64,000 bases of DNA, from positions 98,332,001 to 98,396,000 of the forward strand of contig OX597821.1 of the NCBI GenBank assembly GCA_951406725.2. The letters are read 5' to 3'. Origin of the DNA: Octopus vulgaris (Eukaryota). Shown in pieces: positions 26,221-35,930 of the stretch (position 1 is the stretch's first letter; every line of letters begins with the position of its first letter). Under the pieces are notes generated by a model. The model was not told the DNA's origin. It was given only the letters and a program-made list of their open reading frames with translations, and did no database searches. The translations under genes and the position numbers were made by a program.

Positions 26221-26699
26221 CCTTAACACCTGATATAAGTCATCAAAATATCAATATATTTAGTTAATAAGATAATGGTTTGTAGTGTTTGTCCTTTTTC
26301 ACCTTCTTTAGAATAATTTTTTAAAATGGTACCATGAGGAGGTGAGTGAAAGACATTGTTTAACCAGTTAATATTTGAACTGAGCCTTATCTGGCCAACA
26401 TATAGTTGTTTTTATGTTCAAACTGGTCAGACATGGGTTGTCACACCTACCTTAAAATGTCATTCCAAAAATAAAGTATCATATAATCAAAATCTCAAAG
26501 TTACAAGACAATGTGTGGCTAATTCAAAACAGTGTGAATAGATAAGCAATACACTTGACAGAATAATCTGAATGCTAAAGGATTAACAGTATCTTGTCTA
26601 CATCCTTTATCACTGGCCCTACAGACACTCTGATTTGGAGACAGATTCAATTTTAACTTTAAAGACAAAAAGAAGAGAGTGAAATAAACATATATTTAC

Positions 26700-26921
26700 C
26701 TTAATGTCGGTTGCATCGCCATATTTCACCATACTGAATCCTCCATTTGGAAGATGGATGCGAAGTATATGACGCTCCATCAGAAAACGCTTCACTCTGT
26801 GATCAAGCTCTTGATCTAGCTGAGAAGAAGCACCACTGGGTGCCAAGTCAACACCCAAGTCTCGACATGTGTCACAGTCACTGCCCTGAATCAAACGCCA
26901 CAGTTTACTCCATTGAGCAAT
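26700..26921 (-). CDS. PTK2: Focal adhesion kinase, first FERM exon (222 nt, open in frame throughout; first in-exon in-frame ATG at 26780)
   Basis: Acceptor ttttccatttcag| at 26923-26922 and donor AAG|gtaaat at 26699-26698. Encodes ...MERHILRIHLPNGGFSMVKYGDATDIK, matching FAK MERVLKVF...IIRHGDATDVR. Phase 0 joins the 10397 exon. Confidence 0.9.
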
Positions 26922-27448
26922 CTGAAATGGAAAAACAAAATAATAAATATTGATTCATAACAAATCATGTATCATAAAATCAAATGTAGTTTAGCCCGAG
27001 ATCAATAATGATCAAACAGACCTATGATCAAACCATATTTCAACTGTAATCAGCCTAATTTTTTAGGAGTATCTGCAGCTATGCTATTTGTACATAGACA
27101 TGTGTTTAGAAAGTGAGCAAGAGTGAGGGAGTGAGAAATATTAGCTTAAGAGAAAGAGGATGACAAATGGGCTGAACCACTGAGCAGATGACATTGTATC
27201 ACATAAAATGCTAAGAACAGCCTACGTATATAACAGCATATAAAATGTAAAAAGCAGCCTTATGTATAACAAACCCAACAACCATGAGAAGAAAACTTGA
27301 TTATGTTTATCTCATTATTGCTTTTTTTTTCTTTTTTTTTATGATATGTCACAGAAATGTCATTTTGATTTTAGTTTATATTGAACATATTTAAGTTATT
27401 TGAAAAGAAATTAGTGTAGCACTGTTATTCACAGATGAGTTGTAAACC

Positions 27449-27676
27449 TATTTCTTTATTACCCACAAGGGGCTAAACATAGATGGGACAAACAAGGACA
27501 GACATAGGTATTAAGTCGATTCCATCAACCCCAGTGCGTAACTGGTACTTAATTTATTGACCCCGAAAGGATGAAAGGCAAAGTCGACCTCGGCAGAATT
27601 TGAACTCACAGCGTAACGACAGACGAAATACGGCTACGCATTTCGCCCGGAGTGCTAACGTTTCTGCCAGCTCGCC
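27449..27676 (-). mobile_element. SINE family B (tRNA-like head, GCCTTTCATCCTTTCGGGGTCGATAAA central block, Meta-SINE-like)
   Basis: 12-bp TSD GAGTTGTAAACC at 27437-27448 and 27677-27688. Other copies: 40649-40877 (plus, TSD GGTATTACTGGGTC), 56683-56913, 57298-57528, 58706-58920, 63362-63592, and a variant at 5845-6065. Confidence 0.85.
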
Positions 27677-28396
27677 GAGTTGTAAACCATTTGATAAAGC
27701 AGTTAAAAAATACCAGTGTTAAAAAAAATTTTTAATACATACTTTATAAGACTATTTAAGGAATATTTTTTTGTGATATAAGACCTAATTATTATGAAAA
27801 TTTTAACATTTGCTACCCAAAAGGTCAGTGTAGAAGTAGAGCATAGATCATAGATTTAAGCTTTTTTTTTCTTCTTTTTACTGGAGGACAGAGATAGCAC
27901 ATTATCAACATCCCAAATCATCTGGTACCTATAGTATTGTTGCTATTAATATCTGATGATCTGGTATCTTTAGTATAAATTTTTAGGTGAACAGAGGCTA
28001 TGGTAGGACAAAATGCCTTGTTTCAAATGTATAAAACATCAGTTGTATTAGGAATTTTATTCCTGGTTATTTCACTGTTCCTGACCCCTTTAGCATTCAG
28101 ATTATTGTCCAATGTAATGCTTATTTATTCACATTGTTTTGAATTAAATCATACATCTTCTCATAGCTTTCAATTTTTAATGATATGGTTGTATATTTTT
28201 GGAATGACAGTGTAAAGCAGGTGCAAGAGGCAGGACCTGGCTAGTTTGAGCATAAACCAAGTAGAAAATTTGGACTGGATATGGCTGGTTTAACCCTTTA
28301 ACATTCAGATTACTCTGCCAAGTGTAATGCTCATTTATCAACAATGTTTTGAATTAATCATACATTATCTCATAGCTCCGAATTTTTAATGATATG

Positions 28397-28731
28397 TTAG
28401 TTAGTTAGTTAATTTTTTGGCTCAAAAAGCAAAAAGCAAGGCCATGTAGGGGGACATGGAGTTATGTACAGGGTGGTATTCATGTAAAGAGTTCAGGCCA
28501 CTTGTGGTCAAGGGAGACTTTGAACCGAGCGGTTGTCGGCATCTTCACCATCTCGTCCGGCAGCTTATTCCACGGATCCGCAACCCGGACGGAGAAAGCC
28601 CCTCTCCTTCGATTGAGATGAAATCGTCACTGATAGAGCTTTTCGGAATGACCCCGCAGCCGACGCTCTGGAGCAGGAGTGAAGAACAGCTCTTTCGAGA
28701 GGTTACACTTTCCGCTTATGATGTTGTGAGC
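28397..28731 (-). mobile_element. CR1/L2-group LINE 3' fragment inserted in a P1 MITE
   Basis: Reverse complement of 11925-12266. 8-bp TSD ATGATATG at 28389-28396 and 28732-28739. Confidence 0.85.
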
Positions 28732-29371
28732 ATGATATGATTGTATATTTTTAAAATGACAGTGTAGAGTAGGTGCAAGAAGCAGGATCTGGCTAGTTTG
28801 AGCATAAACCAGATAGAATATTTCAGCTGGATATGGCTGGTTTAAATGCTAGAGGGTTGATGGACAAGTTAGAGCAATGTCTGAAATGTTAAGGGTTTTA
28901 GAACATAGATGTGTTTGGCCATGTCTACAAATAAAATGTATCACCCCACTCTTCTCAATCCTGCATCATCTCATCTGTGACCCAACATACATAACTGCCC
29001 CACCCAAATCTGCTGCCTTTGTCCTAAGTCACTTTCACTGTTAGATATTGACACTTTGCACCCAGTAGCAACTGATCAACAATGCTAGACAATGTTCTAT
29101 TGCTGTTTAGCTGAAGTCAGTCCTGGTCCAGCAGACCTGCAGTAGGTGTTGTGACTGTGACAGTCTAATTAGAACAGGAGGTGACAAAATGGTTAGTATC
29201 TGGGGAGGGGGGGTCTTTGTGTCACTATCCAGGGGTCAATAACTGTGAAATAATTTTGAGCTTTAAGGGTGCTGAATTATTAGTGAAGTGAATCAGGAAA
29301 AGCACAATAATTTAAGTCTAAAACTCACAAATTTTCAGCCATATATTGATGTAGTAACTAGTATTCACCAA

Positions 29372-29420
<49 letters not shown>

Positions 29421-30372
29421 GTCCAGGTATATACAGTCTGTTATCCTTTCCTTTGTCAGTTGGTGATTATAGTGTTTAATACCAAGACTTTAGATTCTCA
29501 CAGACTTAGCAGAGCAAGGAACAAAATGCTGTGAAATATTTAGGTCCAGAGTCCAAATCCTATCATAGCCAACATGCCTTCAATGACCCTTAGGGCCAAC
29601 AAAATAATGTACCTGTCAAGTACTGGTTTAAATAAATATTCCTTTTCCACCAAATTTCTGGCTTCATGCTTATTTTAGAAATTATTATTAAGGCAGCAAG
29701 CTAGCAGAATTACTAACATGCCAGACAAAATGCTTAGCAGCATTTCTTCTAGCTCTACATTCTGAATTCAAATTTGGGTGAGGTCAACTTTACTTTTCAT
29801 CATCCCCATAACTTAGCGGTTCGGCAAAAGAGACCGATAGAATAAGTACTAGGCTTACAAAGAATAAGTCCTGGGGTCGATTTGCTCGACTAAAAGGTGG
29901 TGCTCCAGCATGGCCACAGTCAAATGACTGAAATAAGTAAAAGAGTAAAGAGAGAGTACTACAAAAGTAATATCACATCTGAAGATGATAAAATAAGTCA
30001 CTAGTCATACACTAGGATTGATGTAATTGACTTAAGCCCCTAACCCGAAATTGCTGGCCTTGTATCAAAATTTGAAATTATTTTTATTCAGGCAGTGAGA
30101 GCTGGAAGAATCATTAGTACATCAGACAAAATGTTTATCAGCATTTCTTTCAACTCTACATTCTGATTCAGATGCTGTTAAGGTCAACTTTGCTTTCAAC
30201 CTTTTGAGGCAATGAAATAGGTAACAGTTGAGCATTGTGGCTGATGTAGCCAAGTAGCTCCCTCCGCCAATATTTCAAGCCTTCTGCCTATAATAGAAAA
30301 AAAATTATCATTGCACAAACACATACCTGGTGACTGAGCCTTTGTATTCCCTTGTACTACATTCCCCTATAC

Positions 30373-30572
30373 CAGTGCTTTTCAAACTTTTTGCAGGAGT
30401 GGAACCCCAGGAAACATTCCACTGGCTTGAGGAACCCCTGTGCAATAATTTAATAGTCTTTTGCACACATATCTGCACAGGAGAATTAAAAATTACTGCC
30501 GATTTTAGCAGTTTTGTAACTTCTTACAGAACCCCTGGACTGTACTGGCAGAACCCTGGTTGAAAACCACTG
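30373..30572. mobile_element. Non-autonomous Buster-type hAT MITE (200 bp)
   Basis: TIRs CAGTGCTTTTCAA / TTGAAAACCACTG with a perfect 8-bp TSD CCCTATAC at 30365-30372 and 30573-30580. Confidence 0.9.
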
Positions 30573-31728
30573 CCCTATACCCACTCTCACTGAGCAGAAA
30601 GGTGTTCAAGAGGGCTTCTGAGACTGGTAGAATGGTACGAAGAAAGTATCCTCAAATGGGGAGAGCTGGACCTGCCAGTTCAAGTGACAAATACTAACCT
30701 TCACAATCATCCAATACAGTGAGTACACTTGGATTTTTCCACATATTTTCCCCCACCCAACCAAAAAACGAAATCTTGGGGAATATTTGCTAGAATAAAA
30801 AAGGGGAAGGAGATCATGTGCTTTGTAGCCTTACTAGTAGGACACATTCATGCAGACTCACATATACACCACAGGCAAGCACATACACAGACATACATGG
30901 ACATAGACTGACATACACACAGAGGCATATGCACAGCCATACACACGTCACTGATACATGAATATGGAAAGATACATACATATATACATACAATGTACTG
31001 GTGCACACACACACACACACACAGAACTTTACACAAACAAATACAAATTCCACTGCCGCCCAGCCAAAGGCAAAAAAAGGTGTGGTTTCTGTCTGACACA
31101 AAACAACAGGCTGCAGTAAATGGAGAGTCAGAGAAATATACCAGAAGTTCAGATTAGATTGTCACTATAGTGACATTTAGCCACACACACACACACACCA
31201 GTCCCCCCCCCCACCCTGGCAATTTCATACAAATGTACCACTACTATACAATGACAAAAGATTAACATTTCTGGTAATGGTGATGATGGATGGAAAGTAG
31301 AGATGTGGTGGGAAGGAGGATGGGGGGGTGGCAAGAGAGAAAGAGAGAGAGAGATACTACGAGGTGGATGGGGGTGAAGAGGACAGAGAATAGGTTGTCT
31401 GACTAGAAATGCAAGAGGGTAGGTAGGGGGAAGATAAGTCTCTTGTCTCATTGGCTACAAACAGTGTTTGTAGTCATGGCACTTTGACAGACTGGGCCAG
31501 TCCACCTAGCTGTATATAATATAGATACTAGGTGATAGTTCAGTCTACCAAGATGTAAACATGTACCATGTGACTAAGACAGTCCAGTTTGTTTAGTGTG
31601 TTCCCAACCTTCCCTATGCTCTCCCACCTGCATCCTTAAGAAATTAATTTTTTTCTTTTTACATACCTACTACAAAAGTAATATCACATCTGAAGATGAA
31701 AAATCAATTTTTTGATAACTAATTTATT

Positions 31729-32104
31729 GAGATGGCAAGTATACCTCACATTGTCGTGCAGTTACTGTTTATATCTCGTTCAGAGATTTATTATTGTTTG
31801 CATACAGTTTTTCGAGATCAGTGACGATAAGTTACTGGAAAAACGATATAAGGATTTGCATTGGGACCCCTTTCATCGAAAACCGGTGATTGTCGTACGC
31901 TGATGACAGGCAAATACCTAGAAACTGCAGTCCGTGCGTATCACTTAGGTTGACGAGGGAAGGATGACCTCCCTTTGCAAATACCATAAGGGCACAGAAA
32001 GTGTGCCTAAAGCCAGCTGGAGACGATGTTCTCCTGCGGCTACAAGCTACAGTAACACCCACCCTTAGTGGTTAGCCATATTGAGATGGCAAGTATACCT
32101 CACA
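31729..32104 (+). mobile_element. Retrozyme-like element: 354-bp hammerhead-containing monomer with terminal direct repeat
   Basis: 27-bp direct repeat TATTGAGATGGCAAGTATACCTCACAT at 31725 and 32079 (period 354). 9-bp TSD TAATTTATT at 31720-31728 and 32105-32113. Internal hammerhead and several GC-rich hairpins, no credible ORF. Confidence 0.75.
31881..31951 (+). ncRNA. Type I hammerhead ribozyme, predicted cleavage after C31932 (GUC)
   Basis: Stem I CGUACG/CGUGCG, extended past an internal loop by GUGAU/AUCAC. Core CUGAUGA at 31900-31906. Stem II (C)AGG-CAAAUA-CCU(A), then GAAA at 31921-31924. Palindromic stem III ACUGCAGU and a GUC triplet. Confidence 0.85.
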
Positions 32105-32565
32105 TAATTTATTCTCTTATTTTAAAAGTGGACTGCGCAACAGTACTGTGGAATAATAAAGTTCTTAGTGTGCTTATGAAATATCATCATCATCGTTTTA
32201 ATGTCTGCTTTTCCATGCTTGCATAAGTCGGACAAAATTTGTTGAGGTGGATTTTCTACAGTTGGATGCCCTTCATGCTGCCATTCCTCACCTGTTTCCA
32301 AGTAAGGTAATATTTCCCCCGTCACCAGACAATGTCTCGGAAAAATTAGAAACAAAGAACACTACTTGCATAATGGTGACGCTCACAACCATCACATGAT
32401 GTTAGGGCAAAGAGAGAGTAGCATGCATGTGCGCATATACACAAACATACATCAGGCTTCTTTCAGTTTTCTTCATTTACCAATTTCACTCACAAGGCTA
32501 TGGTAGAAAATACTTGCTCAAGGTGATTTTTAAAAATCTTTTGATGTTATTCTGGAAAGTGATTC

Positions 32566-32596
<31 letters not shown>

Positions 32597-32763
32597 CCAA
32601 ATAAGCAACAAGGATATCCAAGTACAATTGTTTCATGCTACTTCATTTTATTAAACACTAAGTATTACATCAGTTTTAAAATGTCGAGCAATCTTCAGCC
32701 ACACATAGAATTTTCCAATTAAATGGACAATGCACATTGTTATCCCTATATATATGTAATAAA

Positions 32764-33000
32764 TGTGCCCTTTTAAAGCCTAGCCAGGTTCATGGGCCCG
32801 GTTTCCATGGTGTATGTGTTCCCCAGCTGGATGGGACGCCAGTCCATCGCAGCGTTACTCATTTTTGCCAGCTGAGTGGAGTGGAGCAACGAGAAATGAA
32901 GTGTTTTGCTTAAGAACACAACATGGTGCCCGGTCCAGGAATCGAAACCAAAATCTTACGATCATGATGCTGACACTCTAACCACTAAGCCACGCACCTA
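32764..33000 (-). mobile_element. SINE family D (tRNA-like head, V-SINE-like GCGATGGACTGGCGTCCCATCCAG block)
   Basis: Minus strand has A-box-like TGGCTTAGTGG and B-box-like GGTTTCGATTCC. Related heads with a different tail occur at ~25580-25865 (+), ~50190-50400 (+) and ~62720-63040 (-). Confidence 0.7.
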
Positions 33001-35478
33001 CACACATATATATATATATATATACTTTCCTTCTTTATCACACAGCCTGAAGTGTCAGTTTGTGGTTCTGATTGGAAACACCTGACTTAATTGCAAACAG
33101 ATACTATATAATAGGGCTTTCTATAAACTGGCTGTAAATTACTCTATTCCTGATTTCAGCTATTTGGATGTGACTGTGCTGGGGCCCTGTCATGAAGTCA
33201 ATTTCATCTTTCACTCTGGAGGGTGAGAAGAGAGAAAAAGAAACAGACAACTGGGTGCATAGTTTTGTAAAAGTAATCTTTAGAGCTCTGATAGTATTGT
33301 TATAGATACAGTATTATGTCTGTATGGTTGTACAAAAAAATTTGTGCGTGTGCATATATATATATATATAGGTAAATGTAAAAAAAACACAAACTGGGAC
33401 AAGAACGCAAAACATTTAGAAGACGATACAAAAAAAAACGGACGGGACATTCGAAGCCTTCGATCTTCAGTCAAGAACCGGATCATCTTCGCAATTTCGG
33501 CTGAATATATATATATATAAGTACATACATGTACACAAAATATTTGATTCTGATTTTCAAAAGCATTTCTGGCTTTTATTAATATGAAATTTCAAAACAA
33601 GTTTTCTATAAAAGTGATTTTTTAATTCATTCTCTACCTGAATCAAGTATATTGAGCCTGAGGTGAGTGCAAAGTGGTCAACTCCATTCTTTTGGAGCTC
33701 AATGAAAAAAGAAAAAAAAAAAATCATAATCCAAAATAATAGATTGGTGGAACTCCATTTTGGATTTGATGCCTTGCAATATTTGTTCTGGCTCTTAGTG
33801 TTCTGAGTTCAAATCCTACCATGACCTACACGGTTATCATATGACTTAGTGCATCATATGATTTAACACCACCATGTGGCACCTTGGATGTTTTTAGTGG
33901 TGTCCACTCTGTTGCTTGTGTTTGGGACCAGATTCCATTTTATGGATACCTTCTTCCCCAACTCTCACCAATCTCAGAAGCCCTTCTACTAAGAAATCAT
34001 GATAGTCCAGCTGTTAGATTAACATTCACACAATGTTTCCATTGTAGAAACCATGTACATGTATCTGGTGATTATGAAAGTACTTTCATATTCTCCATGT
34101 AACAGCAAGCATGTTTATAAGTTTATGTCTACATCAGAAAGTACATAACATGGATATTATTAAGCAAGATAAGGATTATATAGAGACAAAGTATCTCTCT
34201 CTTTCCTTATCCTTAATAGTTTTCCCAAGGTTGCTTCAAAGTTACTGGTGATTCCATTTCCCAGAGCTACCTTAGTAATCAGTGTGTATGCGTAGGTCTC
34301 CTCTATGACATAACAACTATACTATAATAATAATCTAGTGAATGGTTAAAACATTTGTAGTTCGGATGAATGGGAGTGACAGTAGTTTCAAATAAAGTAA
34401 ACCAACTAGATAACCTGTTTTGTCACTCCCACTTTTCTTACAATCAATAAGTCGTATAAATATGAGACACTGGTAGTCAATTATTCCATTCATTCAGGCA
34501 GGTGAAAGCAATTACTACTTATGCACCTGAAGAAACTTAGATTTTTTTTTTTATCAATTGCAAGAAATCTTGCTCCACTTAACACAACTAAATTTTATTG
34601 TTCATGAAGCAAATAGAAGAAATGGCAAAACAAAGGATTTTTGTTTGCAATGTCACATATTCACTGAATTTATCAGGCCAGATGGAATGAGGTCATGGAC
34701 TGGATATGGCCTGCAAGTTGTAGTTTACCACCCCTGGTGTAGTAACAGTACATAGTTAATGTGACTGTATATATATATCAATTGGTAACCTCATTCTAGT
34801 GGATAATTAAAGGTATGATTTGGTCATCAACTTCACTAGTATAGTGAACTGAAGATGTGCCTACAAGACTTAATAAATTTGACTGTTCAGCTTGATGCAA
34901 TCATTGTGATGGATAACTGAAGATTTGTCTAATTGTTGGCCCAGATACCTACTTTCCCAACAGAAAGTGAACTAGCTCTAAATTAAATCTGACTGTCCAC
35001 TAACTATTAACCCTTTCATTACTGTATTTATTTTGAGATGTTCTGTGTTTCTTTCAATTACTCTAAATATAACAAAGAATTTAGTAAAATAACCTAGTTA
35101 TCATTCAGCCAGTGTTAGGAACGTAAATTGTGACTAAGGTTTGGTGGAAGATTTTTATTTAGAACAAATGAAAACAAGACATTTGTACTCAGAGCCAGAG
35201 CCAGTTTCAGCCGGGTTGGTAACAAAAGGGTTAAAGTGTTTTTGCTGAAGACTAGGGTTTGATGATGTGGTATGAACTGAGAACCTTTAAACTGACACTT
35301 GCATCTTATTGTCTCAGCCAAGATGCACAATAACTGTCACATCATTGACCATGTGGGTTATGAATTCAAGGCCTTACAACTAATACATTTATGCCACTGG
35401 GAAATCAGTTACCGAGCAAGATCTATTTGGAATTATAGTAGACCAATTAACAACAAGATTGGAAGAAAGGTCTACCTA

Positions 35479-35643
35479 GGCGCAGGAGTGGCTGTGTGGT
35501 AAGTAGCTTGCTAACCAACCACATGGTTCCGGGTTCAGTCCCACTGCATGGCATCTTGGGCAAGTGTCTTCTGCTATAGTCCCGGGCCGACCAATGCCTT
35601 GTGAGTGGATTTGGTAGACGGAAACCGAAAGAAGCCTGTTGTA

Positions 35644-35713
<70 letters not shown>

Positions 35714-35930
35714 TTTGTGTGTCTGTGTTTGTCCCCCTAGCTGTGTTTGACAACCGATGCTGGTGTGTTTATGTCCCCGTAACTTAGCAGTTCGGCAAAA
35801 GAGACCGATAGAATAAGTACTGGGCTTACAAAGAATAAGGCCCGGGGTCGATTTGCTCAACTAAAGGCGGTGCTCCAGCATGGCCGCAGTCAAATGACTG
35901 AAACAAGTAAAAGAGAGTAAAAAAGAGAGT
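35479..35930 (+). mobile_element. SINE family A, full length (tRNA-like head, internal (TA)n(TG)n, AAGTAAAAGAG tail)
   Basis: A-box-like TGGCTGTGTGG and B-box-like GGTTCAGTCC. Copies at 39265-39625, 53583-53965 and 29806-29956 (+), and at 54025-54410, 54592-54919, 55478-55888, 59050-59393 and 60080-60412 (-). Confidence 0.85.

Noticed and set aside
31667-31689. Possible 23-nt minus-strand microexon (ttcatcttcag|ATGTGA...TAG|gtatgt)
   Set aside because: The splice-like signals are good, but it has an immediate stop and no supporting evidence. Such motif pairs arise by chance in long introns.
35479-35550. tRNA genes at SINE heads
   Set aside because: A/B-box-like motifs are present, but there is no complete cloverleaf and each continues into a SINE body.
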